Shown here: in pieces, positions 34,628 through 45,035 of the stretch
Layout: every line of letters starts with the position of its first letter
Numbering within the stretch: the stretch's first letter is position 1
Source: Chloroflexota bacterium
GTDB lineage: Bacteria; Chloroflexota; Anaerolineae; JAAEKA01
Reading direction: 5' to 3'
Length of the DNA: 64,000 nt
Assembly: GCA_034717495.1 (NCBI GenBank)
Contig: JAYELL010000101.1
Coordinates: forward strand, 10,622-74,621
The notes under the pieces: model-generated
Database searches by the model: none
What the model was told of the DNA's origin: nothing
The model's input: the letters and a program-made list of their open reading frames with translations, nothing else
Program-made: the position numbers and the translations under genes

Positions 34628-34938
34628 TCGACGAGCCTCCTTTTTCGAAATCGTTCACTATGGGGTGTGACCAACCGGACAAGAATGTCAGGGTCGTGCC
34701 CCTGGTTCAATGGGAAAAGGTGAGAGAGAAATCATCGCTTTCATTCTAATGCACGGCGGGGAATTGGGCAAGGGAACGCTTTGACACACCTTTGTAAGCG
34801 TGATATACTCGCGCATCTTTGAACTAAATGGCGACGGCCGCCAGTTGATGAAGAAAGAACCGGCCGTGGGCCGGCTTCTTGGATTTTGGGAGCATCGCGC
34901 ATTATTGCGGAATATTGAGTTATTAAGGAGAGCTTGAT

Positions 34939-36825
34939 ATGGCAGAACCTGGTAAACCGGTTCAAATAAAGGTAGTCGACGATGTTGTCATCAGGTTTGC
35001 TGGCGATTCTGGCGACGGTATGCAGTTGACCGGCACCCAGTTTACCAATACGGCAGCCATCATTGGCAACGATATAAGTACCTTGCCCGATTATCCCGCT
35101 GAGATTCGGGCACCCGCTGGTACTCTGGCCGGGGTGAGCGGCTTTCAGGTGCACCTGGCAAGTGCGGATATCCACACTCCAGGCGATGAACCTCATGTTT
35201 TGATTGCCATGAATCCGGCCGCGCTGAAAGCGAGCCTGCGCAATCTGGCCCCTGGTGGCACGATCATCGTGAACACCGATGAATTCACCCGTGGCAATCT
35301 TCGCAAGGCCGAGTACGAAAGCAATCCCCTGGAAGATGACTCCTTGCAGAACTACATGGTGCATACAGTTCCGATCACCACGCTGAATCGCAATGCCGTC
35401 GAGGATATTGAGGGCTTGTTCGCCAAGGGGATCAATCGTTCACGTAACTTCTTCGCTCTTGGTCTCACCTTCTGGATGTACGACCGTTCGCTGGACAACA
35501 CCATTGCCTGGATCGAAAAAAAGTTTCAGAAACGTCCAGAGATAGTGGAAGCGAACCGCCGGGCTTTGCAGGCCGGCTACAACTATGGCAATACTACCCG
35601 AACCTTTCAGATACGTTATCGGGTCAAGCCAGCTCACCTGCCGCCGGGCATTTACCGAAAGATCACCGGCAGCGAGGCGATTGCCCTGGGTATGGTGACG
35701 GCTTCTGAACTGGCAGACAAACCTTTGGTTTACTGTAGCTATCCGATTACACCTGCCAGCGATATCCTGCACAATCTGGCATCGCTAAAACATTTCGACG
35801 TCCGAACCTTCCAGGCCGAGGATGAAATTGCCGCCATGGGAGCCGCTATCGGTGCAGCCTTTGGTGGTGCCTTTGCCGCCACAGGGACCAGTGGACCGGG
35901 CGTCGCGCTAAAAAGCGAGGCGATCAACCTGGCTGTAGCATTGGAACTGCCAGTGGTGATTGTCGATGTGCAGCGCGGTGGACCCAGTACTGGACTGCCG
36001 ACCAAGGTTGAGCAGTCTGACTTGTTGCAGGTCATGTATGGCCGTAACGGTGAGAGTCCCGTTGTGGTTTTGGCACCGTCGACTCCATCAGACTGTTTCG
36101 ACATAACTATTGAAGCCTTTCGGCTAGCGGTAAGAGGCATGAGTCCCGTGTTTGTGTTGGCGGACGGCTATCTGGCCAATAGCGCCGAACCCTGGGCTTT
36201 GCCTGACCCAGAAAGCATGGAGCCTATTGCTGTAAAACATCCAAAACCTGAAGATTTCCAGAATGGCAGCAAGTTTCTTCCCTATGGGCGCGATCCGGAG
36301 ACCATGGGCCGCCCATGGGCCATTCCAGGAACCCCTCAACTCGAACACCGCGTGGGCGGTCTGGGAAAGCAACCTGGCACGGGAAACGTCTCTCATATGC
36401 CCGAGGATCATCAGCAAATGGTCGCTGAGCGAGCTGCCAAGGTCGCATCCCTCGTCGATGTGATCCCCGACCTGAAAGTGATCGGGGAGGATACCGGTGA
36501 CTTGCTCGTCATCGGGTGGGGAAGCACATATGGTGCCATTCTTCAGGCTGTTCAGAGGGCGCAACGAGATGGCAAGCGCGTTTCTGCTGCACACCTGCGG
36601 TATCTCAACCCATTTCCTGGCAACCTGGGCGATGTGATGGCACGCTTCGATAGAATCCTGGTGCCCGAGATGAACATGGGGCAATTGGCAATGTTGTTGC
36701 AGGCGCGATATCTTCAAGAGATCAATTCTTTGCCCAAGGTTCAGGGCCAGCCGTTCAAGATCAGCGAGATTAGAAACAAGATCGACGAGATCCTGTCCCA
36801 GGGGCTCGGCACTGTTGGCGACTGA
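34939..36825 (+). CDS. korA: 2-oxoacid:ferredoxin oxidoreductase subunit alpha (KorA, fused gamma-alpha type)
   Basis: N-terminal gamma-like domain ([13 protein letters not shown]) fused to an alpha domain. 628 aa. Immediately followed by the TPP-binding beta subunit. Confidence 0.85.
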   Translation: MAEPGKPVQIKVVDDVVIRFAGDSGDGMQLTGTQFTNTAAIIGNDISTLPDYPAEIRAPAGTLAGVSGFQVHLASADIHTPGDEPHVLIAMNPAALKASLRNLAPGGTIIVNTDEFTRGNLRKAEYESNPLEDDSLQNYMVHTVPITTLNRNAVEDIEGLFAKGINRSRNFFALGLTFWMYDRSLDNTIAWIEKKFQKRPEIVEANRRALQAGYNYGNTTRTFQIRYRVKPAHLPPGIYRKITGSEAIALGMVTASELADKPLVYCSYPITPASDILHNLASLKHFDVRTFQAEDEIAAMGAAIGAAFGGAFAATGTSGPGVALKSEAINLAVALELPVVIVDVQRGGPSTGLPTKVEQSDLLQVMYGRNGESPVVVLAPSTPSDCFDITIEAFRLAVRGMSPVFVLADGYLANSAEPWALPDPESMEPIAVKHPKPEDFQNGSKFLPYGRDPETMGRPWAIPGTPQLEHRVGGLGKQPGTGNVSHMPEDHQQMVAERAAKVASLVDVIPDLKVIGEDTGDLLVIGWGSTYGAILQAVQRAQRDGKRVSAAHLRYLNPFPGNLGDVMARFDRILVPEMNMGQLAMLLQARYLQEINSLPKVQGQPFKISEIRNKIDEILSQGLGTVGD

Positions 36826-36838
36826 TGGAGAATCAAGA

Positions 36839-37903
36839 ATGAGTGACACAATCAAGCTAAACCGCAAAGACTTTCGGTCGGATCAGACGGTGCGTTGGTG
36901 TCCAGGCTGTGGTGACTACGCGATCCTGGCACAGGTACAGAAGGTATTGCCTGATATCGGTGTGCCCAAGGAGAACATCGTCTTCATCTCAGGGATTGGC
37001 TGCTCCAGTCGTTTTCCCTATTACATGAATACCTACGGCATTCACAGCATCCATGGTCGTGCCCCCACGCTGGCGGCTGGTCTCAAGCTGGCCAATCCGG
37101 ATCTGACGGTGTTCGTGATCACCGGTGACGGCGACGGCCTATCGATCGGCGGAAATCACCTGCTGCACGCCTGCCGGCGCAATGTCGATATCAACATCCT
37201 TCTCTTCAATAATCGTATCTACGGGTTGACCAAGGGGCAATACTCGCCAACATCATTGCCGGGAACCCGCACCAAGACCTCTCCCATGGGGTCCCTGGAG
37301 CAAGCCTTCAACCCGATTAGCGTGGCGCTTGCGGCGGAGGCTACCTTTGTTGCTCGGACCATCGATCGGGAACAACGCCACATGGGCGAGATTCTGAGGC
37401 GGGCAGCGGCCCATCGCGGCACCTCTTTTGTCGAGATCCTCACGAATTGCCTGATCTTCAACGACGGCACCTTTTCCGATGTCACAGATCGGGAGATTCG
37501 GGATGACAACCGGCTGCGCCTGGAACAGGGCCAGCCGATGATCTTCGGTCAGGATAACGACAAAGGTATTCGCATGAGCGGGTGCTTCGAGCCAGAAGTG
37601 GTCTCGCTGGACGATGTCGACGCAGAGGATATACTTGTGCATAACGACAAACTGGAGGGTTCCCAACTGGCGTACATGTTGAGTCGCATGACCAGGCCAG
37701 ATTTCCCTGTTCCCTTCGGTGTTTTTCGGGATGTCGACCATCTGACCTACGAGGAGGGTGTGTTCCAACAAGTGGAGCGGGCTCAGGCTGCCAGGGGTGT
37801 TGGAGAGCTGAAGGATCTCTACGTCGCTTCCGATACCTGGATGGTAGATGATGACAGGAACGGCCACAATGGCCACAAAGGCGCCATTCACGACGAAGAC
37901 TGA
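36839..37903 (+). CDS. korB: 2-oxoacid:ferredoxin oxidoreductase subunit beta (KorB, TPP-binding)
   Basis: WCPGCGDY...GIGCSSR...GDGDGLSIGGNH is the TPP-binding motif of OFOR beta subunits. ATG at 36839. Confidence 0.88.
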   Translation: MSDTIKLNRKDFRSDQTVRWCPGCGDYAILAQVQKVLPDIGVPKENIVFISGIGCSSRFPYYMNTYGIHSIHGRAPTLAAGLKLANPDLTVFVITGDGDGLSIGGNHLLHACRRNVDINILLFNNRIYGLTKGQYSPTSLPGTRTKTSPMGSLEQAFNPISVALAAEATFVARTIDREQRHMGEILRRAAAHRGTSFVEILTNCLIFNDGTFSDVTDREIRDDNRLRLEQGQPMIFGQDNDKGIRMSGCFEPEVVSLDDVDAEDILVHNDKLEGSQLAYMLSRMTRPDFPVPFGVFRDVDHLTYEEGVFQQVERAQAARGVGELKDLYVASDTWMVDDDRNGHNGHKGAIHDED

Positions 37904-38021
37904 TAGCCTTCCTGCCAAAATTCTGGCATCAGATAAAAATCACAAAATCATAAACGGTGCCCCGTCCATGATCGAAAGTCAGGCGGACAGGGCACTGTTG
38001 ATTCCGAGGAAAATCGTTTCC

Positions 38022-39830
38022 TCACTCGACTTGTGTGAGTTGGCCTACGATATAGATCGGGCGCCCTGAACGCTCCCGAAAGATAACTTCTTCCATCAAC
38101 CTCAAACCCCTCTCGCTGGCCAATTGTTCCAATGCCTCGCGCCGCTCCAGAAAGATGGTGTCTTCTGCCGTGTGGAACAGATAGCGGCGATCGGAGTCTT
38201 CGAGAAACGGCGCTAACCTGGCCGCGAATCCTGCGTCGGGCGTATCCAACCGTTCATAACTGAAGAGCTCCAGTGGTCGCACCCGGTTTTCTGTCAGGTA
38301 TCTGACAGGAGCATCGAAACCCCAATCAAGGGCCAGGGGTTGGGCGACGGCGTTTTCATCCAGCCAGGCCCCCAATCGATTGGTGGCGTCGGAGTGAGTG
38401 GCATGTCCCCCTGTCTGGGCGAGTGCCTGATGATAGCGTAGGTCGGTGATGATATCGGCAAAGGACCAGGCCAGCAGGCTGGCGACAACCAGAAAGCCCA
38501 CAAAAGACCATAGCCTCTGTGCAGCGCCGGGTGGTATCCTGTGGGCATCACCTGCGACCTGCTGCTCTCTGTCATCAGGCTGAGTGGTTTTTGTTTCCGT
38601 ACCTTCTTTGTCGGCCAGCCGGCGCCGGCGGGCGACAACCGATAGGATTGTGTCCGCTGACAGCGCAACCGCGGTAAGCAGAAAGGGTTGCAGGATGGCA
38701 TAATGAGTGACAAAGAGATCAGACACGGTGAAATTGGATTGCAGCACCAGCAGTGTGTTGAACAGAAGGACGATCAGCAAGACCATCAAAGCCCTGCGAT
38801 ATCGCATCCACCAGGTTAACAGCAGGGCACTTACGAGCAGCAGGACCGCCAGCCACTGAGCCAATTGATTGGCAAAGGACCCTCCAAGATACCAGAAGTG
38901 ATCCCCTTTCAGCAGCGTTCCCAGTTGGCGCACCCGGATGGTGAGGTTGTTGAGGAAATTTCTGTTTTCCACACCGTAATAGCTTTCTCCCAGGTTGGAG
39001 AAAATCGACGTAAGGGTGCCCGCAGTCTGTAGGTTAAACAGGATGAGCGGCGACAGGGCAAGAAAAAATAGGCCCAGCGCGACAAACCATTGCCACCAAC
39101 GGGTCTCCTGGTTTTCGCTGGAACGATCCGACGGTTTCGACTGAACAGGAAATGTGTACCACCGGCTGATCAGCCATATGAAAACCGCTGTGACTGCCAG
39201 CGCTCCAAGAACCCACACGAACAGCAGCTTGGTCCACAGCCCGAGTCCAGCCAGAACTGCCAGCAGGCAGAGATAGCGGACACGACCTGTTTGCCACCAG
39301 CGCAGGGCCACCAGGACCAGTGCTACTGCCAGGGTGACCACACTATTGGTTACGAAAATGCCCTGGCGGCTCCAGAAGACGAAACTGGGACTCAGGGCGA
39401 GTAACAGGGCAGCGATGCCGCCAGCAAGGGGTTTGGCCCCTCCAGCGAGGCGCGAAAGCTCGTTGCCCAGGCGCCAGGTGAGCAGGATGGTAATCAGTCC
39501 GTAGCCGATCGATAGGAGGCGAAGACCGGTAACCGTTACACCGAAAATGGAGAGGAGGGGCAGGGCCAGGAATACATTCAACGCACCGATGTAATCCTGA
39601 ACCATAAGTGGGAGGAAAAGGTCACCCAGTTGCACGCCTGCGGAACGGAAGGCGTGGACGTTCTGGCGAAGCAGCATCTCCATTGCGTTGACGCCTGCTT
39701 CTTTGGCCTCATCGTAGTGGAGTCCAGGCAGGTGCAGTTGGGGCAAGGTCAGTGCCAGATAAATAAGAACGGCGCCCAAAGGCGCCAGCCGGGCAAACCA
39801 GGTTGCGAGTTTCTGTTGTTTTCCACTCAT
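38022..39830 (-). CDS. glycosyltransferase family 39 (ArnT/PMT-like) integral membrane protein
   Basis: N-terminal loop LPGLHYDEAKEAG (the DE motif of GT-C ArnT/PMT enzymes), more than 10 TM helices and a large C-terminal periplasmic domain. Confidence 0.7.
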   Translation of the reverse strand: MSGKQQKLATWFARLAPLGAVLIYLALTLPQLHLPGLHYDEAKEAGVNAMEMLLRQNVHAFRSAGVQLGDLFLPLMVQDYIGALNVFLALPLLSIFGVTVTGLRLLSIGYGLITILLTWRLGNELSRLAGGAKPLAGGIAALLLALSPSFVFWSRQGIFVTNSVVTLAVALVLVALRWWQTGRVRYLCLLAVLAGLGLWTKLLFVWVLGALAVTAVFIWLISRWYTFPVQSKPSDRSSENQETRWWQWFVALGLFFLALSPLILFNLQTAGTLTSIFSNLGESYYGVENRNFLNNLTIRVRQLGTLLKGDHFWYLGGSFANQLAQWLAVLLLVSALLLTWWMRYRRALMVLLIVLLFNTLLVLQSNFTVSDLFVTHYAILQPFLLTAVALSADTILSVVARRRRLADKEGTETKTTQPDDREQQVAGDAHRIPPGAAQRLWSFVGFLVVASLLAWSFADIITDLRYHQALAQTGGHATHSDATNRLGAWLDENAVAQPLALDWGFDAPVRYLTENRVRPLELFSYERLDTPDAGFAARLAPFLEDSDRRYLFHTAEDTIFLERREALEQLASERGLRLMEEVIFRERSGRPIYIVGQLTQVE

Positions 39831-39855
39831 TGTGGCATCCAACGGCAATCGAGTC

Positions 39856-41082
39856 TCACCGGGCCATCAAACGCACTTCCGAAGCCATGCTATCGTAGTT
39901 GTGCCCGGAAGCATAGATCTTGACGTAGTTAATAACGGCAGGAGGTGGTAAGCCTTGCTCTGGAAGTTGTTCGATAAGGTTGCCACTCTCGAACGGGAAC
40001 CAGACATTCGATGGGATTTTTTCACCACCGGTCACGACCCACTGATCCGGGGGATCGCGATAGTAGAAGCCCTGGATCCAGAACTGGTGATTCCCGTAGA
40101 TGTCCTCGTAGTCCAATCGGATCATCAATGGAAACTCAGAGCTGAGTTCGCCGGCGCCAGGCAGGCTCTGCCAGCGCAACATGACGTCCAACTGAAGGTT
40201 CAACACCTCGTAGTCGCTGACGTTGTGATCGAGAACCTGGGTGATTCCCACCTCGCTGTGCGTGGGTGGCTGGTTAATCCGCCAGAAGCGAACAGACTGC
40301 CGGTTGTTGTCCGCGCGCACCTCGGCTTGCCCTGCCGAAGGGTCTTCCTCCGGATAGGTGTTGATCAGCCAGGTGGGTGGTCCTAACGGTTCCTGAAAAT
40401 CGCCGTTGGAGATTAGATTGTCGGCGGCCTCGTGTGGGGAAGAAGGCGGCTGACCGATGGCCACCTGGGTTCCGTGGCCGGTTTCCACCAGTATCGATTT
40501 GCCTTCGGCTGTAACCACGGCGTTGCCAAACCGTGTCGAAACTTGAGTCAGATCATCGGACACGTCGACAGCATAGCTTCCTGGATCCAGGCGAATCTGC
40601 GCCTGGGGTGTGGAAACGTCGAAGAGCAGCCCTCGCGGTTCGAGTTCAGCCCTGTTGACTCGAACGCGGCCTCGTCCAACATCGATTTCGATGTGATCCG
40701 CATCTTTGCTGGGTGAAAAGCGAGGTCGGGTAGTGCTCACCAGGGTCATTTGCCCATTGGGGTAAATGTGCACCGTTGCCAGTTCGACACTGTCCTCTCC
40801 TTCGCCCGATGGGAAAACCAGCGAAGCTTGAGACGTCTGGTCTGTTTGGATCAGGGTGCCCTCCGGCACTTCCCGACGGTCAACTACAGCAATGGGTTCA
40901 TCCGCATCGTCGGTCGCCAGGAGAACAGTTCCGGATGAAACCTGGAGCAGGGCCGTTCGGGGCGCTCGGGCATGCACCAGGTAGTAGCGAATACCAAGCG
41001 GGATGGTGGTAGCCAGCAGGCAAAAAACGCTGAAAGCGATGGTCAGAATGACCCAAGCTGTGCGGGATGGATTTTTGCGCAT
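39856..41082 (-). CDS. membrane-anchored hypothetical protein (possible FecR-like domain)
   Basis: Single N-terminal TM (AWVILTIAFSVFCLLATTIPL) followed by ~380 aa of extracytoplasmic sequence. Operonic with the GT39 gene (25-nt gap). Confidence 0.45.
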   Translation of the reverse strand: MRKNPSRTAWVILTIAFSVFCLLATTIPLGIRYYLVHARAPRTALLQVSSGTVLLATDDADEPIAVVDRREVPEGTLIQTDQTSQASLVFPSGEGEDSVELATVHIYPNGQMTLVSTTRPRFSPSKDADHIEIDVGRGRVRVNRAELEPRGLLFDVSTPQAQIRLDPGSYAVDVSDDLTQVSTRFGNAVVTAEGKSILVETGHGTQVAIGQPPSSPHEAADNLISNGDFQEPLGPPTWLINTYPEEDPSAGQAEVRADNNRQSVRFWRINQPPTHSEVGITQVLDHNVSDYEVLNLQLDVMLRWQSLPGAGELSSEFPLMIRLDYEDIYGNHQFWIQGFYYRDPPDQWVVTGGEKIPSNVWFPFESGNLIEQLPEQGLPPPAVINYVKIYASGHNYDSMASEVRLMAR

Positions 41083-41149
41083 CTTAAGGATTCTACGCCT
41101 GTGGCTCGGGTTGGTCAACTCGCAACTAGTGAAGCATCCAGCGCGCGGA

Positions 41150-42067
41150 TCATCGCTGATCCAGCCGGTGCAGGCCGGCTGTCCGTACCTGTTTTACGGA
41201 TTGCCGGTATTCGTTGCGCGTTGTTGGACGATTGAGCTTCGGATATCGGTTGGCGCAATAGGCAGGTCGATACTGATCCATCACATTGATATATGTGTTC
41301 CCGGAGATTTCCTTTGCCAGAAAGTGGGCAATCTCGGCGGTACCTGCCAATTGATTGGGCAATACCAGGTGCCGTACCAACAAGCCCTGTCGGGCGATCC
41401 CTCGTTCGTCCAAAACCAGGTCGCTAACCTGGCGGTGCATCTCCCGCACCGCGGCCTGATTGACAGCGGGATAATCAGAAATCTTGGAATATCGAAGTGC
41501 CATGTCGGGGTCGGCGTACTTCATATCAGGCATGTAGATGTCAATTATGCCGTCAAGCAGGCGCAAGGTATGCATTGAATCGTAGCCGCCGGTGTTGTAT
41601 ACCAGCGGTAATCTCAGACCAGCCTCGGCAGCAAGAAGCAGTGCGATCAAAATCTGGGGAACGACGTGACTTGGAGACACAAAATTGATGTTGTGACAGC
41701 CTTGTTGCTGCAGGTTCAACATCATTGTCGCCAGGGTTTCAGGTGCTACCTCCTGGCCCTCACCCAACTGGCTTACGTCGTAGTTCTGGCAGAACTGGCA
41801 ACGCAGGTTGCAGTGGGCAAAAAAGATCGTGCCACTTCCGGCAAACCCTCGCAGGCAATCCTCCTCGCCGAAATGGGGGAAACAACTGGACACCTTGGCC
41901 CTACGCCCGTTGCCACAGATACCTGTGGCATCTTCAAGGCGGTTGACATGACACAGCCACGCGCAGCCACGGCATTGCTCCAGATTGCTCCAGGCCTTTT
42001 CCGCTCGCGCCCGAAGCTCACCTGTTTGGTGGAGTCGAAGATAGCCGGGTGTAAGCGTGTCAGTCAT
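41150..42067 (-). CDS. radical SAM protein (PflA-like / AmmeMemoRadiSam-type fold)
   Basis: CNLRCQFCQNYD CxxxCxxC cluster preceded by GSGTIFF. Extra N-terminal Cys cluster CRGCAWLCHV. Start ATG at 42067 overlaps the stop of the upstream TPR gene (ATGACTGA). Confidence 0.75.
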   Translation of the reverse strand: MTDTLTPGYLRLHQTGELRARAEKAWSNLEQCRGCAWLCHVNRLEDATGICGNGRRAKVSSCFPHFGEEDCLRGFAGSGTIFFAHCNLRCQFCQNYDVSQLGEGQEVAPETLATMMLNLQQQGCHNINFVSPSHVVPQILIALLLAAEAGLRLPLVYNTGGYDSMHTLRLLDGIIDIYMPDMKYADPDMALRYSKISDYPAVNQAAVREMHRQVSDLVLDERGIARQGLLVRHLVLPNQLAGTAEIAHFLAKEISGNTYINVMDQYRPAYCANRYPKLNRPTTRNEYRQSVKQVRTAGLHRLDQR

Positions 42068-42719
42068 AATCCTCACGGTCCTGATCAGAAAGGGTTGATT
42101 CGTTTTTTCCTGATCGCCGCTCCTGCTGCTCATAGTCATCCAGTTTGCCTAGCCAATACTGAGCGTCGTTGTCGTTCGGGTAGACCTCCAGGGCATTGAG
42201 AAAGGCACTGCGCGCCGATTCCCATTCTTTCTGATCCTTGTATACCAGGCCCAGATTGTAGTGAACATTGGGGGTTCTTGGGTTGATTTCCAGGGCGCGT
42301 TCGTAGGCTTCGATCGCCTTTTTTTGCTGCTTTGGCCCGGAAATCTCCAGTCGACCCAGATAGGCTGCCGCCAGATTGGACCATAGCATGGCATCATCGG
42401 GAGCCAGTTTACTGGCTTTTTCCAGCAGGGGCACAGCTTTACTGTAGCGCTTTTGAAGCACATAGGTGCCTCCGAGATTGATGGCCACCTCTGCACTGTC
42501 CGGAAGATATTCGGCGGCACGCTCCAGCTTTTCTGCAGCCTCTCCCGGGCGTCTTTGACTCAGAAGGCGAGCGCCTTCCTGCAACAGGGCATATCCCAGC
42601 CGGCGCCGCTCCTCGGCGATCTGTTGCTCCACCGCTGCCCCATCGCCGGAAATGGTGTCAGGGGATTCGAGAGGCGCTTCACCAGGTTGCGATTGTTGTT
42701 TTTCTTTCTTCTTGCTCAC
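42060..42719 (-). CDS. TPR-repeat protein
   Basis: Several 34-aa TPR units (AINLGGTYVLQKRYSKAVPLLEKASKLAPDD; MLWSNLAAAYLG...; NVHYNLGLVYKDQKEWESARSAFLNALEVYPND) with charged N- and C-terminal tails. Confidence 0.8.
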   Translation of the reverse strand: MSKKKEKQQSQPGEAPLESPDTISGDGAAVEQQIAEERRRLGYALLQEGARLLSQRRPGEAAEKLERAAEYLPDSAEVAINLGGTYVLQKRYSKAVPLLEKASKLAPDDAMLWSNLAAAYLGRLEISGPKQQKKAIEAYERALEINPRTPNVHYNLGLVYKDQKEWESARSAFLNALEVYPNDNDAQYWLGKLDDYEQQERRSGKNESTLSDQDREDYD

Positions 42720-42722
42720 TTT

Positions 42723-43631
42723 TTACCTCAACAGTGTGATTACGATTGTCAAAGTGATGGTACTCGCAAGAGTCGTGACCAATACGGTGCCAGCAGTGAA
42801 CTCCGGCTCCGCGTCATATTCGGTGGCAAGTACGGTTGCCATTACCGCCGTCGGCATCGACGCCTCAAGGATGGACACCTGGCGATTGATGCCTGTGAGG
42901 CCAAGGAGGCCTGCAAAGAGGAATCCCAACAAGGGACCGCCGATAAGCCGCACCGCGCTTGCCAGCGAAATGCGGCTGATGTCATCTCGCAACCGAACCC
43001 TGGCAAGTTGTACACCCAGGAGCAAGACCATGACGGGAATAGAACCCTGGGCGGCCAATGATGTTGCCCTCTCGATGGGCACCGGTACCTTCAGGCCGGT
43101 AGCCCAAACAAATAGCCCGGCCAGGGCAGCATAGGTAAGGGGGACTTTCAGTAAATTACGAAAGGCGTCCCGGCTGCTGCGCCGGCCCAGTGCTGCCAGG
43201 TAGACGCCAACTGTTGCCAGAATCAGGGCGTTAATTGTGAAATAGACGATGGCTGGTTCCAGGGACGCCTCACCGAAGGCGAATCGATTGGCTGGAAGGC
43301 CATAATTGCCGGCGTTTCCGGCCATGGCCACAATGACAAGGGCACTGGTCTGGGCGGATCCATAACCCTTCGTTCGGCTGATGATCCAGGCAATGAGGGC
43401 AGTTCCTGCGATCGTCAGTACGGCAAACAATACCAGCTGTCCTAACTCACCAGCTGACAGGGTCGTGCCACTGAGTGTATCGAACAGCAGGCAGGGAGTG
43501 AAAACGTAGAAGGCAGCCTTTGAGAGGCCATGGGGACGCAGATTTAACTTGCGGGCCAGAAAATATCCCGCCCCTGCGACCAGGAAAATCGGCGCGATAA
43601 CTTGCCAAAAAACTTCAACTATGATGACCAT
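42723..43631 (-). CDS. AEC (auxin efflux carrier) family transporter
   Basis: About 10 TM helices with an N-terminus (VIAPIFLVAGAGYFLAR) typical of AEC/malate permease family proteins. Stop is 4 nt from the TPR gene start. Confidence 0.8.
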   Translation of the reverse strand: MVIIVEVFWQVIAPIFLVAGAGYFLARKLNLRPHGLSKAAFYVFTPCLLFDTLSGTTLSAGELGQLVLFAVLTIAGTALIAWIISRTKGYGSAQTSALVIVAMAGNAGNYGLPANRFAFGEASLEPAIVYFTINALILATVGVYLAALGRRSSRDAFRNLLKVPLTYAALAGLFVWATGLKVPVPIERATSLAAQGSIPVMVLLLGVQLARVRLRDDISRISLASAVRLIGGPLLGFLFAGLLGLTGINRQVSILEASMPTAVMATVLATEYDAEPEFTAGTVLVTTLASTITLTIVITLLR

Positions 43632-43672
43632 GGTGCCTAACCCTGCATGTGGTGTTAGCGATGGATCATCGG

Positions 43673-44041
43673 TCAGGCGCCATCCTCGTTGTCATGACCT
43701 ATGTTGTGGTAAAGGTTATAGGTGTCGAGATTTGGACTGAAAAACTCGACAGCGAAACTATCGGGCATGCCCATTGGCTGGCTTATTTCCGACAGCAGGG
43801 CTTCAATGAAGGCGCCGCGCTGATCATCAGTAAAAGTGGCGGTCACGGAATCCCAGATCAGGATTGTTCCAAAAACACCATTGTCGGTGAAATGCAGGTC
43901 CAACTTGCCGATGCTTGGCGGGTCACCGTTTTCCTGGTTCGCCCGGTTGCCGGCCGATGCGTCCAGATCAAACAGAGCATATTGTTCTGAGTATGGAGTT
44001 CTGATAAGGCGTCGTAATTTAAGATTCATTGCAGGCACCAA
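43673..44041 (-). CDS. hypothetical protein
   Basis: 122-aa ORF in operon orientation with no recognised motif. Confidence 0.35.
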   Translation of the reverse strand: MVPAMNLKLRRLIRTPYSEQYALFDLDASAGNRANQENGDPPSIGKLDLHFTDNGVFGTILIWDSVTATFTDDQRGAFIEALLSEISQPMGMPDSFAVEFFSPNLDTYNLYHNIGHDNEDGA

Positions 44042-44091
44042 AATGAGCTTCGATCAGGCATCGAATAAAGAAAGCAGGTGGCGAACCTTCA

Positions 44092-45021
44092 TTAATTGGA
44101 CAAAAACAGCAGTTCATCCAGGGCATCTTCGGCGATCTCGCGCAGGGCTTCATCTTCACTTTCTGCACAGGCCCGCAGCGCACGGAGGGCAGCTTTGCCA
44201 CCAATCCGCCCGAGTGCCCAGAGAGCTGCGTCCCGAATCTCGACATCCTCTTCATCAAGCATGTCTAGAAGATAGGGAATTGCTTCAGCAAGCTCCAATT
44301 CCCCGCTTGCCCGCGCCGCCTCGAAGCGAATCGCATCATCTGTGCTGGCGAGCTCGGCAAGCACGAAGGCCTGCCAGGTTGGGTCAGCGCTACGGCCCAT
44401 CGCGAAGAGGGCACTTGTGCGCATGTCGTCATCCTCGTCGTCGTATGAAGACAGGATCAAGTCACGAATGCGTTCATGGCTGGAGTAGGCCAGCGACTCG
44501 AGGATGCGGCGTCGCACAGTTACATGGAACTCCCGTTCATCAAAGGAGTGCATCAAGGCATTCTCGACTCGCCCGGCCGCTTGTTGATCGACCTTATTCA
44601 ATTCTCCCAGCAGGAGAAAACGTCCGAGAGAGAGGGCAGCAGCTGCTCTTACCTCGGGCGTATCATCGTACTGCATGAGATCAATCAGAGGGGGAATCAG
44701 GCGCACATCTTCCGACTCCCATAAGCCCTCGATGGACTGCATCCTCACCCAGGGATTCTCATCCTGGAGGAGGTTGGTGAAGATGGCATCGTAGCAGACA
44801 CCAACGTGATCTTCTGCCATTTCCACGAGGCTCGAAATCAGAGTTCTCTGGCGTTCGGCAGGCAATGCTCTCCATGTGGATTGAAAGAGTTCAAGGTCAG
44901 AGGTGTTCAGATCTGATAACCCATCCAGGGGAATATCGGTCAACGGTCGGCCCGTATCTGCCAGGGCCTGAAGGATCGAACTAAGGCCGGGCTGAGATTC
45001 CTGCCCGTTGCGTGAGGACAT
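44092..45021 (-). CDS. HEAT-repeat (PBS lyase-like) protein
   Basis: Repeats of ...VRxxAAxALGRxG... (EIRDAALWALGRIGGKAA; AIRFEAARASGEL; MRTSALFAMGRSADP). The ATG at 45021 avoids overlap with the upstream LysM gene. Confidence 0.65.
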   Translation of the reverse strand: MSSRNGQESQPGLSSILQALADTGRPLTDIPLDGLSDLNTSDLELFQSTWRALPAERQRTLISSLVEMAEDHVGVCYDAIFTNLLQDENPWVRMQSIEGLWESEDVRLIPPLIDLMQYDDTPEVRAAAALSLGRFLLLGELNKVDQQAAGRVENALMHSFDEREFHVTVRRRILESLAYSSHERIRDLILSSYDDEDDDMRTSALFAMGRSADPTWQAFVLAELASTDDAIRFEAARASGELELAEAIPYLLDMLDEEDVEIRDAALWALGRIGGKAALRALRACAESEDEALREIAEDALDELLFLSN

Positions 45022-45035
45022 CGGGGTACCTTTGG

